From Candidatus Falkowbacteria bacterium RIFOXYA2_FULL_47_19 (GTDB lineage Bacteria; Patescibacteriota; Patescibacteriia; Patescibacteriales; UBA12075), in NCBI GenBank assembly GCA_001780275.1, contig MFGB01000023.1, positions 5,375 to 69,374 on the forward strand: DNA of 64,000 bases, given 5' to 3'. The notes beneath the pieces were generated by a model, which saw only the letters and a program-made list of their open reading frames with translations, did not search any database and was not told where the DNA came from. Shown piece by piece: positions 39,877 through 50,499 of the stretch (the first letter of the stretch is position 1; every line of letters starts with the position of its first letter). The position numbers were made by a program, and so were the translations under genes.

Positions 39877-40221
39877 TTATAATTCACGGATCCGTACTCC
39901 CTGCCGCGGGCCGATCTTTACCTCGTACCGGGCGCCCTCAAACTCCCCTAAAAGACTGTCTCCCGGCTGCTTAAGACCGTTCGCGGCGAGCAAATCCCTG
40001 GCCCATTGCTTCCTCCGCTGGAAATAATCTATCATCGTGTCCCTCCGTCCCACCCAGGTCTCGAGCCGGCCCGGCGAAGCGATGAACCGGTGTCCGTTTG
40101 CGCATTTCATCTGGTACTTGCCGCCGACGACGATCTCCACCTTGGCCGCTGACCCGCAGCGGAGGCAAATTCTCCGGATGGTCGGATCCCAGTTGCCCAC
40201 TATACTATGCGGTCCCTTCAT
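39877..40221 (-). CDS. Hypothetical zinc-ribbon-like protein
   Basis: GGGAGG RBS; CLRC...CANGH. Confidence 0.55.
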   Translation of the reverse strand: MKGPHSIVGNWDPTIRRICLRCGSAAKVEIVVGGKYQMKCANGHRFIASPGRLETWVGRRDTMIDYFQRRKQWARDLLAANGLKQPGDSLLGEFEGARYEVKIGPRQGVRIREL

Positions 40222-40465
40222 ATCCGTCCTCCCTTTCGTTTGGGTTAAGTGCTGGGTTTTCAAAGTGCTTTATCGGTAATTCTGAGTATAGCCCATGTCA
40301 AAAAAATTTGCCGGAAAAAAATAAACAAAATCAGAAAAAATATTCATTATTGATAAAATGCCCGATATTAAAAGAAAATTTCCGCTTAATTATCCCCCGA
40401 TGTTGACCAAAAAAGTGGACAGTCGCGGCCCGGGATGATATAATAAAGCAATAAAGCACAAAAAT

Positions 40466-41197
40466 ATGTCTATAAACAAAGCCCTGGGGAGCGTCGGACT
40501 GGACGAGAAAAGCCGCAAAACCTATCTCGCGCTCCTCAAACTCGGCGACGCTACGGCCGCCAACGTGGCCCAGCGGGCCGGACTGCCGCGGACCACTACT
40601 TATCACCACCTGCGGAACCTGGTCAACCTCGGATTGGCCAGCAAATACCAGAGCAGGAAGATCACGCGTTACGCCGCCGAAAACGCCGACCGCCTCAAAG
40701 GCGTCATAGAGGGCAAATTGGCCTTATTGGAAAAATATCTGCCCGATATCCGGAAACTTTCGTCCACGGAACGCCACATAAACCTGCGCCTGTTCGAGGG
40801 TTCGGAAGGCGTCCAGCAGATCGCCCAGGAAGAGCTTGAATGCCGCGAAAAGATCGTCCGCTCGATCGGTTCCCACGCTGATCTGCGCAAGGCCTCGAAC
40901 GGCCGGATCACTTTTACTTCGCGGCGCGTTGAAAAAAAGATCTTTTCCCGGTGTTTGCGCCCGCGGAAAGACGAGTTTAAAAAAGGCTGGCTGGAAAACC
41001 AGCAAAAGGACCTCCGCGAGGTCAGATTCCTGCCGGACGGACTCGCGGTGCCGGGCATGATATTCATTTACGACAATAAGGTCGCGATCATCACCCCGGA
41101 AGAAGAGGGCCTCGGTTTTATCGTCACGAGCAGGACCTTCTCTCAAAGCCTCAAAAATATTTTTGACGGCCTGTGGGCGATCAGTTCCAGGACCTGA
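40466..41197 (+). CDS. TrmB-family transcriptional regulator
   Basis: GL.EK....YLALL.LG..TA..VA..AGLPRTTTY..L..L...GL; FEG.EG; IYDNKVAI. Confidence 0.88.
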   Translation: MSINKALGSVGLDEKSRKTYLALLKLGDATAANVAQRAGLPRTTTYHHLRNLVNLGLASKYQSRKITRYAAENADRLKGVIEGKLALLEKYLPDIRKLSSTERHINLRLFEGSEGVQQIAQEELECREKIVRSIGSHADLRKASNGRITFTSRRVEKKIFSRCLRPRKDEFKKGWLENQQKDLREVRFLPDGLAVPGMIFIYDNKVAIITPEEEGLGFIVTSRTFSQSLKNIFDGLWAISSRT

Positions 41198-41283
41198 AAT
41201 ACTCTCTTATTTACGCTACACAAAAACAGTCCCGGAAGTACGGGGCTGTTTTTTTCACACAGTCCAAAATTTTATATCCAGCC

Positions 41284-41311
41284 GTAGGAACACGAAACTT
41301 CGTGTTCCCGC
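41284..41311 (+). repeat. REP-like element (GTAG + hairpin)
   Basis: GTAGGAACACGAAACTTCGTGTTCCCGC. Confidence 0.55.
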
Positions 41312-41312
41312 T

Positions 41313-42221
41313 TTAATTAAAAAATTTTCCGGTTAATTCCTGAATCGGCGCGAGGAAATAACCAGTGACATAGCTCGTGGTACTGTCGATATCCTCTTTG
41401 CCCGCGAGCCGGGCTGAATTCGAATTATTAAGAAGGGTGAATTCCGCCCCCTTAAGCTCGCCGTATTTCATGAGAGCGTAAAGCGAGGGCGGCGAATCGA
41501 TATCGAGAGCGTAAACGGCGCCGAAATCCGCTTCGGCGAGCGCGGCGATCGCGGCCCGGTCATGGGCGGCGGCGGTTGGGCCGTCCTGATAATGGGAAAA
41601 ATCTATGCTCGCGATCACGAACGTCTTCCGTTTACGCGCGAGCGACTCGAGCGCGGCGGCCAAACGGGCGGCCTCATCCGCTTTGACCTCCGATTTAAGC
41701 ATTATGGGCACGAATCCAGCCTTGGGAAAGGTCTTTTTTATGAATCCGGCCTGGCTTGTCATCGAGTGGTCGGCGTTCACTGCCTCCGGATCGATCCCCG
41801 CCCCCAAAGCCTCCTTAAGTTCGGCTAAAGCCGACCGGTCGCATTTTAGCGTTCCGAAAGGCGTGTCCCAACCGTAATCCGAACTGATAAACACGCTTTC
41901 GCCCGCGCCGTAATGGTTCGGCCCGATCAATACGACAAGATCCGGTTCTTCCCCGGCCAGATTGGAATAAAATTCGGCGATCAGGTCGCCGGCCAGAAGA
42001 TGGTGCGGCACCACTCCGGCCAGAGCGGACCGGCCGCCAAGATCGGCCGTCTTCTTTTTAAAACTATAGACGGTATCGTAGAATTCCCGGTCATAAGGCG
42101 CGGCCCGGTGCGTTCCCTCCGCTCCGGCGCTGTCGTCAACCGTATAAGAAGAGCGGAACAGGCCCGCTGTTGCCAGGCCGGCTAATATCAAAATGAAAAT
42201 TAGAACCGTCTTTTTATCCAT
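41313..42221 (-). CDS. Memo/AmmeMemoRadiSam protein B-like, membrane-anchored
   Basis: VVPHH, IGPNH, W.TPFG, DHS, ASIDFSHY, TSY. Confidence 0.8.
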   Translation of the reverse strand: MDKKTVLIFILILAGLATAGLFRSSYTVDDSAGAEGTHRAAPYDREFYDTVYSFKKKTADLGGRSALAGVVPHHLLAGDLIAEFYSNLAGEEPDLVVLIGPNHYGAGESVFISSDYGWDTPFGTLKCDRSALAELKEALGAGIDPEAVNADHSMTSQAGFIKKTFPKAGFVPIMLKSEVKADEAARLAAALESLARKRKTFVIASIDFSHYQDGPTAAAHDRAAIAALAEADFGAVYALDIDSPPSLYALMKYGELKGAEFTLLNNSNSARLAGKEDIDSTTSYVTGYFLAPIQELTGKFFN

Positions 42222-42223
42222 CT

Positions 42224-44734
42224 TTATTTCATGAGCTCACGGCTCCAGGCGTCCGCGGCCGGCAGATCTCCCTTCCCGTCGTAAACCCTCTCCTGCCAGT
42301 CTTCGTCAGCGTAGCGTTCGGTCAATGGTCCCGTCAGTTCGTAGTGGTTGAAAACGGCTCCGCGGGTCAGGCGCGCGCCGTTGGCATCCTCTACGGCCGC
42401 GTAGATTATATAGGGCTTGCCGGTGGCTTCGTAGAGGATCCGGCCGGAAACCGCGTCCGTATGGATATCGGCGATAATGCCGGCCCGGCGCTCTTTGTCG
42501 GAAAGTTCTTCCCCAGGCAGGGGCGCGGCCAGGTCTTCGAAGATGAAACCGCTTACCCTTAATTTCTCGAAATCTTCTTCGCTGATCACTTCGTCCTTAA
42601 GCTCTTTTTCGGCCAGGCCGGCGAAGAATCCGCAGATATCGGCAAAAGTCTTATACCGGACGCCGAAATATTCCGGCATGAGCCCCCGTTCCGTTAATCC
42701 ATTGTCCGTCATCCTGGCCAATGCCTTGATCCGCGACCAGAACGCCGGATCGGCCTCGACGTAACCCTTCGGTACGGGCGGAAGCTTGGACGGATTATCG
42801 CCGCCGCCGCCTCTTTCGGCGTACGACTGCTTGGCGTAAAGGAGGGTATCGTGCTTGAGCTCGGCATAGGAACCGAGAACCGTGCCCAGATTCTTCTTCT
42901 GCCACTCGCCGGTCGTCATGAAATACGGATAGCCGGGGCCGTAGCCGGAAAGGAGGGAGCGGTAGGAATCGAGCCAGCTCCAATAGATATTCTGGGTCCA
43001 GACCGCTTCATCAAAAGCCGCGAATTCCTCCCTTAATTCCCGGGTCTTCTTCGCTATGATCCGATCGGAAGCGGACGCCTCGGCCGCCACCCAGACGTCG
43101 ACGTATTTCCCGACCGTCGCGTTGCCCGGAGCTATGATATTTACGGGCATCAGGGCGGTCGTCATGGAGGGGAGGTTCTGGCCCGTTTCCGGATCGGGCG
43201 CTCCCACTCCCTGGGTCAGCTGATTCAATATATAAGCGTCGGGCGTGAAACGCTGGCCCATGAAGCGGAACTGCATCAATTGCCGCAAAAGCGCGTCCCG
43301 TTCTCCCCCGTTGTCGTAAAGATCGACCGCCTCGGAAACTATCCGCGGCCTGGGCAATTTTTCTATGGCGGCGCCTATGAAGGCGCGCAGGGCGCTATCG
43401 TCGGCCAGACGCTCCGCTGCCACGGTCTCGCCGTAAACCTCCCGGATAAGACCGGTGTATTCGTAAGGCGTCAGGTCATCGACCTGGCCCACGAAGAATT
43501 CGATCGCGCCCGCCATGTCGGCGTAGATTTCGGCCACGGCCCGGCCGCCGGCCTTAAGGCTGTTCACCTGGCCGGTGATCATGATCGCGTCCCGGGTAAG
43601 TTCGGGGGAATCGAGGGAAAAGCCCATCCGGCCGTACCACATCATGGCGATGAAATAGCTTTTGAGCGCGTCGTTTTTGGTATAATGGGACCGCGGCTTG
43701 AACTGGGAATAATCGTTTTGAAGATACGGCCGGTAAGGCGTGAAAAGTGGCGACGGGGCGAGACCCTTCGCCTCGCGGATCAGTTCAAGCTCGGCTTGCG
43801 CCGGAGAAAAGATATCGCCGCCAAGCTCGCGGCCGTTGTAGCGCGGTTCATCCAGGGAAAAATCCAGCCCGGCCCGGCTGATCTCCTCGTCCCTCGCCTC
43901 TTTGGCGGCGAGAAATTGCGCGTAAGTATCGAAATCCTCCGGTTTTAATTCGGTCCGGCCGCGATCGGCCGCGTCCAGGACGACCAAGGGCACGAGATAA
44001 AAAACGGCCAAGCGCCCATAACTGTCTTTGAGCGCCGGATCGGACGCTGTTTCGTAATTACGGAGCGAATCCTCGAAAAGAGCCCTGGTTATTTCCTTGA
44101 GCATCGGCTGAAATTTTATCTCTTCGATCTTCTGGAAACTGCGGTCGACCAATATGTGGTAAAGATGGAGCGCTACGTCGCTCGTTATAAAAAGAGCGTT
44201 ATCGGCCTGCCGGTAATACTTGTTCGAGCTGCCGCTAAAAGCCTCGTAAATATCGGCGAAATCGTCATTCCCCGATCTTTGCTCCCCGACCATATCTTCG
44301 TCGGAGAGAAAAAAACCGGCGGCGGAGAGGGCTTCAAGTTCGCTCTCCGAAAATTCCCGCTTGAAATCGTCCAGGTTCTTAAGTTCATCCGCCGTCGGTT
44401 TATACGCGGGCAGGGACGGTATGACCGCCGCCGTCCCGGCATCATCCGATAGCGCGAACACCGGTTTGACCAGGGAAAATACGAACGGAACGGATCCCTC
44501 TTTCGGGAGCGCATCTTCTCCGGCCGTTGCGTAACCGCCCTCGTCCGCCGGAGCGACGGAAGTATCGGGCGCGGGCACGGACGGTTTCGGCCGGCTCGTA
44601 TAATAAGCCGCGCCGGCGCCGATCGAAAGCGCCAGGAATAATAACACGATCATTTTCCGGACGTACGATCGGCCGGGGTTATGCGGCCAACCGGCGCCTT
44701 CATTATTAATTTCCGATTTTATTTCTTCCGGCAT
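42224..44734 (-). CDS. DUF3160-like membrane-anchored protein
   Basis: FITSD..LH.YH, DYSQFKPRSHYT, YF.AMMW.GR, FMGQRFTPD, ELKHDTLLYAKQ, GYVE, IADIHT. Confidence 0.8.
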   Translation of the reverse strand: MPEEIKSEINNEGAGWPHNPGRSYVRKMIVLLFLALSIGAGAAYYTSRPKPSVPAPDTSVAPADEGGYATAGEDALPKEGSVPFVFSLVKPVFALSDDAGTAAVIPSLPAYKPTADELKNLDDFKREFSESELEALSAAGFFLSDEDMVGEQRSGNDDFADIYEAFSGSSNKYYRQADNALFITSDVALHLYHILVDRSFQKIEEIKFQPMLKEITRALFEDSLRNYETASDPALKDSYGRLAVFYLVPLVVLDAADRGRTELKPEDFDTYAQFLAAKEARDEEISRAGLDFSLDEPRYNGRELGGDIFSPAQAELELIREAKGLAPSPLFTPYRPYLQNDYSQFKPRSHYTKNDALKSYFIAMMWYGRMGFSLDSPELTRDAIMITGQVNSLKAGGRAVAEIYADMAGAIEFFVGQVDDLTPYEYTGLIREVYGETVAAERLADDSALRAFIGAAIEKLPRPRIVSEAVDLYDNGGERDALLRQLMQFRFMGQRFTPDAYILNQLTQGVGAPDPETGQNLPSMTTALMPVNIIAPGNATVGKYVDVWVAAEASASDRIIAKKTRELREEFAAFDEAVWTQNIYWSWLDSYRSLLSGYGPGYPYFMTTGEWQKKNLGTVLGSYAELKHDTLLYAKQSYAERGGGGDNPSKLPPVPKGYVEADPAFWSRIKALARMTDNGLTERGLMPEYFGVRYKTFADICGFFAGLAEKELKDEVISEEDFEKLRVSGFIFEDLAAPLPGEELSDKERRAGIIADIHTDAVSGRILYEATGKPYIIYAAVEDANGARLTRGAVFNHYELTGPLTERYADEDWQERVYDGKGDLPAADAWSRELMK

Positions 44735-45044
44735 AAATATTGTTTTATTTAATAAACGATAACTTAATTATAGCAGAAATCCTCCTTTTTTAAAAAACAC
44801 TAAAAATTAATATAATTCACGATTACAGCTATTTTGTTTTAGTTCGGGCGAAGGCCCGCGCACAAGCGTTGCGCGTTCTGCGGTTTAAAAATTCCGCCTC
44901 GTCCTCTTCGTTCCCCCGGGTCGCGTTCAGACAGAATAAAACCCCTGAACACATTGAACGCTCAGGGGCGCCAGGAATCTTTGATAAACCAGTCAATTGC
45001 GGCTTATTTCAATGCAGGCTTGAACTTAATTTATTATCATAGCA

Positions 45045-45461
45045 TTACTGCCCCAAACAGCTTCTTGTCTTAAATATCTCCATTGCACTGGGCGTGGCCC
45101 CACCGACAATCTCATCCGCTCTTTTTTGCCCCAGCTTTTCAATGAAACACTCTCCCATTCCAGGCGTGATGCTTGAAGGCAGCTGACTAACATCCACGCC
45201 ATAGTTTTCCAAGGTTTTTTCCTGCTCTTCGTTCAACAAGGGGTGTTTATCTGCGGATGATTCGTTGTTTTCTATAACAGTGCCACCGCCTGAATTACTG
45301 TCAAGCGGAGAATAATTCTCAATCGTACCGCTTAAATAACTATTAATCATGCTGCTGATAAACTTTGTCCTTAAGTCGAAAGGATTAAAAACAAATACAA
45401 CAATCATAGAAATAACCGAAACCAGGATAATGATCAATAAAATTTGTATTGCTTTTTTCAT
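45045..45461 (-). CDS. Membrane-anchored hypothetical protein
   Basis: N-terminal TM; C-terminal two-Cys domain. Confidence 0.7.
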   Translation of the reverse strand: MKKAIQILLIIILVSVISMIVVFVFNPFDLRTKFISSMINSYLSGTIENYSPLDSNSGGGTVIENNESSADKHPLLNEEQEKTLENYGVDVSQLPSSITPGMGECFIEKLGQKRADEIVGGATPSAMEIFKTRSCLGQ

Positions 45462-45472
45462 GTATCTGAAAT

Positions 45473-46195
45473 TTATTTCGACAGCAATTTATTCAACCAG
45501 CCGAACAGACCGAACCCCCTGCCTTCTTCCTTGATTTCTCCCGCTAACTCCGTCTTGGCCTGCTCCATGATTTCAATCTGTTCATCCAAAATTTCCGCAT
45601 CAGCTTCATTCGTTATTTGAGAGGCCAATTCTTTTAGTTCTTCCAGTTTTTCCGCGTGAGCTGCCAATTTGTTCTCTGCCATATAGATATATTTGTTCGG
45701 ACCAAAGAAAAACCTCCATACCGCATTTCCCCTGTTATTCTTTGCATGTTCCAATGTTGTTTCTATTTCCTTTTGGTTCTGATCTTGATTCTGGGCGATG
45801 GTCCTGATTTGCTGCCCGACGCCATGGTTACGTTCCGCCACTTGAAGCATCTGTTCAACAGCATTGGCCACCCTGCTTCGTCTTTGAGCAGCCCTATCAT
45901 TGAGCTGGCCTCCCTTGCCATTCCCGTTAATTGATTTTTTACCAGCCTGGGCGTTCTGTTGCAATTCAACTTGATTCTGCTGTTCTTCTCCCTGGTTTTG
46001 TAAACTGGTGGCGTTCTGGGCTTCCAGTCCTTGACCAATTCCCTGTCCAGCTTCTTCGAGCTCGGGATTTTCAATCCCAGTACCAGCTTCTTGGACTCCT
46101 TTCTGTCCGCTTTGATTTCCCTGAGCAAAAGATAAAAATGGGACAAGCATTAAAGACAAAACCATAATGCTTGTTATAGTTTTAAAGTGTTTCAT
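45473..46195 (-). CDS. Secreted Gln-rich coiled-coil protein
   Basis: Signal peptide; FFFGP and FGLFGWL motifs. Confidence 0.7.
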   Translation of the reverse strand: MKHFKTITSIMVLSLMLVPFLSFAQGNQSGQKGVQEAGTGIENPELEEAGQGIGQGLEAQNATSLQNQGEEQQNQVELQQNAQAGKKSINGNGKGGQLNDRAAQRRSRVANAVEQMLQVAERNHGVGQQIRTIAQNQDQNQKEIETTLEHAKNNRGNAVWRFFFGPNKYIYMAENKLAAHAEKLEELKELASQITNEADAEILDEQIEIMEQAKTELAGEIKEEGRGFGLFGWLNKLLSK

Positions 46196-46311
46196 AGATT
46201 TAGTTTAAAATGATATTATGCCTTTATTATAACATTTTTAGCGCCTTAATTAAAGTTATGCCATATAACTACATCCGAAAAAATGCTATCATAAAAAATA
46301 AGAGAAAACCA

Positions 46312-46785
46312 ATGGACAAAACCAGTATCAATCAAAAACTCAAAACCGTTTTCTGGATAACATTTATTATCTATTTTTTGGTTTTAATAAAACTGATATT
46401 TTTCAAGCTCCCCCTGCCAGCTGTTTTAATGATCATAACCGGCGATGATATAAACTACGCCCATTCAGTAAACATAATCCCATTCAAAACCATCATTTTT
46501 TATTTACATGGCAATCCATTACCGCACATCGCCTTTAAAAATCTTCTGGGGAATATTTTGTTTTTTATCCCGTTTGGTTTTTTGCTTCCTGTGCTTTTGT
46601 CCAAAATCAACTCTGCCAAAAACATCTTAATCGCCTCCGCAACTTTCTCGCTTCTACTGGAATTATTACAAATATTTCTTCATCTCGGCTCTTTTGATAT
46701 TGACGATATATTTTTAAACACCGTTGGAGCTTTGATCGGGTATTTGGTTGCCTTGAAAATCTTTACTCCAAAGAAACAGACTTGA
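46312..46785 (+). CDS. VanZ-like membrane protein
   Basis: N.IPF.TI, GNIL.FIPFG, E..Q.....GSFDIDD..LNT.G. Confidence 0.85.
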   Translation: MDKTSINQKLKTVFWITFIIYFLVLIKLIFFKLPLPAVLMIITGDDINYAHSVNIIPFKTIIFYLHGNPLPHIAFKNLLGNILFFIPFGFLLPVLLSKINSAKNILIASATFSLLLELLQIFLHLGSFDIDDIFLNTVGALIGYLVALKIFTPKKQT

Positions 46786-48772
46786 AGGCATTCCACCATT
46801 TGGAACAATCTTCACAGCGAGCGTAGATGGTAAATAATTTACCGTCTTTAAAAAACGCCGCTGTTTTTTCATACTCGTACGCTTCCGTGTCGCTCTCCTG
46901 ATATACAACTATTGCCTCATTGCCATCGATATCTATTCTGTCATCAACTACCGTCCGCAGATAATGTCCGCCCCCGTCTTCATACATTTTAGCTAGCTGT
47001 TCATTCTTTTTGACGAACCATTCATCCAAAGTGTTAACATCGGGATTGTCTAATATACTAATTGAGGCTAAACCTGGTCCTCCGTTTGGCACAACAAAAG
47101 TAACAACCTTATCGATCAACTCTTCTCCGCCACCCATTCTTTCCGAATATTTTCTTATATCATCATTTATTATTCTCACTTTCAAATTTGACGGATAATC
47201 CATGGTAAAGCCATATTCATCGTCCTTGTATTGCCAATAAATATTTTCGCCCGCTTCAATCGGCCTGAAACTTTTATCATCCATTTTTAGATCAGCTAAA
47301 ACTTCGTCTATACCGTAATATATCAAACCGTAGTCTTCCCTAGACGGCATCTCGCCCTCTGCCACGGTGATTATGTAATCATCGGTCTGGTATATCGGCC
47401 GTTGGTTGTCCTGGCTATAAATTTTATCAAGCCCGAAAGAACGCGGATAAAAAGAAAGCGAAAATAAAAACTTTATATCACCGCCGTTAACATGATCAAA
47501 CTGTAAACTTTTTTTATCCTCGTCCTCTACGTGTCTGATATTTACATTTTCAGACCACGCTGGCGGGTAATTAATTTCAAGACCGCTTAAAGCGTCTTTA
47601 AAATAACCCTGCCTACTTCTTCGCTCATCGCAGACAGCGGTGCATATGCCGTTATCACACCTGGTGGTCGGACATTTCATGCAACTGTAAACACAGGTTG
47701 AGTCAAATGAATCGACGAGCCCCCCGATTCTCTCCGCTTCATCCTTGTTAACGAAGGCATGGCACCCGAACGGGCACTGGCCGCCCGTGCCCGCAAAAGC
47801 GTCCTGGCAATCCGAATCAATCTGGCAATAATTGGCTTTTCTGATTTCCTTTATGATGTAGGCGGCTTTGATTTTATCCCTTATTAAAAATGCCGATATC
47901 AAAACAAGAAGAAGGGCTATCAGTGATACTTTAAAAATAGTTTTACCCTTAGGTCTTCTGAATATATTTTTAAATAAAAAAGATAGAGCGATAAAACCAA
48001 GAAGCCCGAGTCCCAGGATCACGACATAGGGAGCAACCGCAATATAACTAAAATACAAATACATTTCGTCTTGAAAAAATACTCTGACCGCTTCGGCGTT
48101 GGATAAAAACACGAGTGAAAAAAGCAGATTATACACCCAGATAAAATAATTGTATTTTGAATCTTTAATTTGGCTTTTTGCGTAAGAAAAAAACAATACC
48201 AGATAAAGAGCCAAGAAAAGGCTGGTAACCGGCAATTCCAGTTTCCAGCGTCCATGACGAGGAAAACCGATCGCAAAAACAAAATAAAAATTAGCAGCCA
48301 GCAAAAAAAACGCTCCTAGGGCAAATGATTTTAGAAACGATATTTCCAAATTGATTTTGAATTTTCTTTCTGGGAAAAATACCAGATTTACCCCCCTGAC
48401 CACGAGCCCGATAAGCCCACCAGAAAAATAAATGCCCGCTAAACCGAGATGCCCCACCATCTCGTCAAAGTCTTTGAACGGATTGAAATAATCAAATATC
48501 GGAGCATTTACATTGTCACCAAAATAGACAAAGAGTTTTACTAAAAATATAGTCGCTAAACTGAAAACGAAAGCACTCGCAATTAATTTAGGCAGATACT
48601 TGTAGCTCCTGTCTTCGTCTTGCAAAAGAACCGCCAGTGCTCCCGCCAATACAGGAAACAAAGCAAAAACTGGAGCCCAATTCCAAGTATAAGCTAAAAG
48701 ATTGTCGACATTCAAAAATAAAAGAAATCCGATTATAGTGGTAGATAGATTTAATGTTATAAGTTTTTTCAT
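46763..48772 (-). CDS. Multi-TM protein with extracellular Cys-rich and PsbP-like domains
   Basis: About 8 TMs; C..DSDC...CPFGC; Y....YGF...YP motifs. Confidence 0.7.
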   Translation of the reverse strand: MKKLITLNLSTTIIGFLLFLNVDNLLAYTWNWAPVFALFPVLAGALAVLLQDEDRSYKYLPKLIASAFVFSLATIFLVKLFVYFGDNVNAPIFDYFNPFKDFDEMVGHLGLAGIYFSGGLIGLVVRGVNLVFFPERKFKINLEISFLKSFALGAFFLLAANFYFVFAIGFPRHGRWKLELPVTSLFLALYLVLFFSYAKSQIKDSKYNYFIWVYNLLFSLVFLSNAEAVRVFFQDEMYLYFSYIAVAPYVVILGLGLLGFIALSFLFKNIFRRPKGKTIFKVSLIALLLVLISAFLIRDKIKAAYIIKEIRKANYCQIDSDCQDAFAGTGGQCPFGCHAFVNKDEAERIGGLVDSFDSTCVYSCMKCPTTRCDNGICTAVCDERRSRQGYFKDALSGLEINYPPAWSENVNIRHVEDEDKKSLQFDHVNGGDIKFLFSLSFYPRSFGLDKIYSQDNQRPIYQTDDYIITVAEGEMPSREDYGLIYYGIDEVLADLKMDDKSFRPIEAGENIYWQYKDDEYGFTMDYPSNLKVRIINDDIRKYSERMGGGEELIDKVVTFVVPNGGPGLASISILDNPDVNTLDEWFVKKNEQLAKMYEDGGGHYLRTVVDDRIDIDGNEAIVVYQESDTEAYEYEKTAAFFKDGKLFTIYARCEDCSKWWNAFKSVSLE

Positions 48773-49152
48773 GATAATTTTTTATCAACATCTTGTTTCT
48801 TAAACTCCTTTCGCTTATTAATCTTTTTCTTAAAAAACAAAACTAAACGGCCCAGCAAATAGCCGATAAAAAAATACTGCAAGATGCCAACGATAAAAAG
48901 AAAAATAGTCTGCGGGACTATGGAATCGCTCGTTAAAAAAGGCGACAAAATAAAACTCCCTAAGGTAGGCAAAAGAATTGAGGACGGCATATGAAGTATC
49001 ATCAAGCCCAAAAGCCCTTCTTCAAATATTCCTGGACGATAATTCAATAACCCGTAAGCAACAAACCAAACCCAAAGCCCCAAATCAAGCAGCGCCGTAA
49101 TGAGACCGAAAAACACCGGGAGAGATATTTTGTTTTTTATTTTTTTAAACAT
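48769..49152 (-). CDS. Three-TM membrane protein
   Basis: Hydrophobic segments; ATGA overlap with the next gene. Confidence 0.65.
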   Translation of the reverse strand: MFKKIKNKISLPVFFGLITALLDLGLWVWFVAYGLLNYRPGIFEEGLLGLMILHMPSSILLPTLGSFILSPFLTSDSIVPQTIFLFIVGILQYFFIGYLLGRLVLFFKKKINKRKEFKKQDVDKKLS

Positions 49153-49167
49153 AAATTTTTATTTTTT

Positions 49168-50340
49168 TTACAGCAAAACAATATCATCAACGATATTTTT
49201 ATATAGCTTTTCAAATGGTGTGTCAGAAAAATAAAAAATATTAACAATATAACCTTGATTCTCTACGTATATATTATTACCGATACCGCCGGAAAACGGG
49301 TCGCTAATCTTGATTAGCAGGGCCGGTTTTTCGTCTACAAGTATTTCGTGCTGAGAATAGACAGGATACATCTCTTTGTCAGTTGTCTTTTGTTCGATAT
49401 CATTCATTACTCTTTCATATTCTTCCTGAGTTATTCTTTCAATTCTTAGCGATGAAAAAATTCTACCTGATGGGTCTTGATTTGCAACTTCAAGCGGCGT
49501 TATCATGATGCGGTTTTGCGAGTCAATTTCTTCGATAGAAAAATTATCGAGATACGGGAAACTGACTCCCAGATCTTTATTCTTGTATTTGTTTTGTTCT
49601 ATTTTTTTATAACCCCGCACCGTCCAAACCTGTCCGTCCGAATCCCAATAAGAAACAAGATAAATTTCCGCATTGTTCTTTTTATTTTCCAAGAGCACCG
49701 TAGCCTGAGAAAAACCGGTATCTTCATCACTGCTGGATGCAATCAAAGTCAGCCTGTCAAAAGCTCCCATGCTCAAATACTTTAAATCGCCTTTCTCAAG
49801 TTCATAATCGGCTACGGCCATAGGATTGGTTCTCCATTCCAAAACACCCTCATAATAGAGCGACTGGTATATTTTCTGGACTTCTTTTTCCAGTCTGGGG
49901 GTAACTTTAACCATATTATCGTCATACATTTCATCAATCTGCTGTTGCCGTAAAAACCTTATATCATGTTCCATTACAGAGGCTTTCATGGGAAGATAAA
50001 AAATTACAAAGGCCAGAAGAATAGATAATACGGTATTTATGAATCCCGCTCTTCCCGCTTTCTTATCCTTACGATAGAATATCCAAACAAATATCGAGAA
50101 AAGCAATATCACCCCCAATATTGGCAAGAACGGCATTAGAAAAAAAGTTATATAATTGAAATCAAAAAATTTTACCATGCCACTGCCGAAATTATCATTA
50201 AATGTCCGCCCCGACATGCAGCCAAGCCATAATAACTTTGGCACCGCAAACATTACATAAACTAAAAATGACAAAAAAATTAATAAAACCGACAAAAAAT
50301 AGACAAAAATTTTATTAATTACCAATAACCCCTTTTTCAT
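49168..50340 (-). CDS. Membrane protein with a C-terminal PsbP-like domain
   Basis: Three N-terminal TMs; YKNKDLGVSFPY motif. Confidence 0.65.
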   Translation of the reverse strand: MKKGLLVINKIFVYFLSVLLIFLSFLVYVMFAVPKLLWLGCMSGRTFNDNFGSGMVKFFDFNYITFFLMPFLPILGVILLFSIFVWIFYRKDKKAGRAGFINTVLSILLAFVIFYLPMKASVMEHDIRFLRQQQIDEMYDDNMVKVTPRLEKEVQKIYQSLYYEGVLEWRTNPMAVADYELEKGDLKYLSMGAFDRLTLIASSSDEDTGFSQATVLLENKKNNAEIYLVSYWDSDGQVWTVRGYKKIEQNKYKNKDLGVSFPYLDNFSIEEIDSQNRIMITPLEVANQDPSGRIFSSLRIERITQEEYERVMNDIEQKTTDKEMYPVYSQHEILVDEKPALLIKISDPFSGGIGNNIYVENQGYIVNIFYFSDTPFEKLYKNIVDDIVLL

Positions 50341-50499
50341 AAATAATTTTAATTAATTTCTTGTATATTCTTAATTATAGTCTTTTCAATTCAATTCCGC
50401 AACCTTTCAATCAAAAAATACAGCTAACGTTGGCTGTATTTTTACGAACACGGGGCGGGCGGCGTTCGAACCAGTAATCGCATTTAGCCACCCTTAACT

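Noticed and set aside
44845..44880. Two adjacent small hairpins upstream of the DUF3160-like gene
   Set aside because: Short stems with no recognisable motif or second copy; not enough support.
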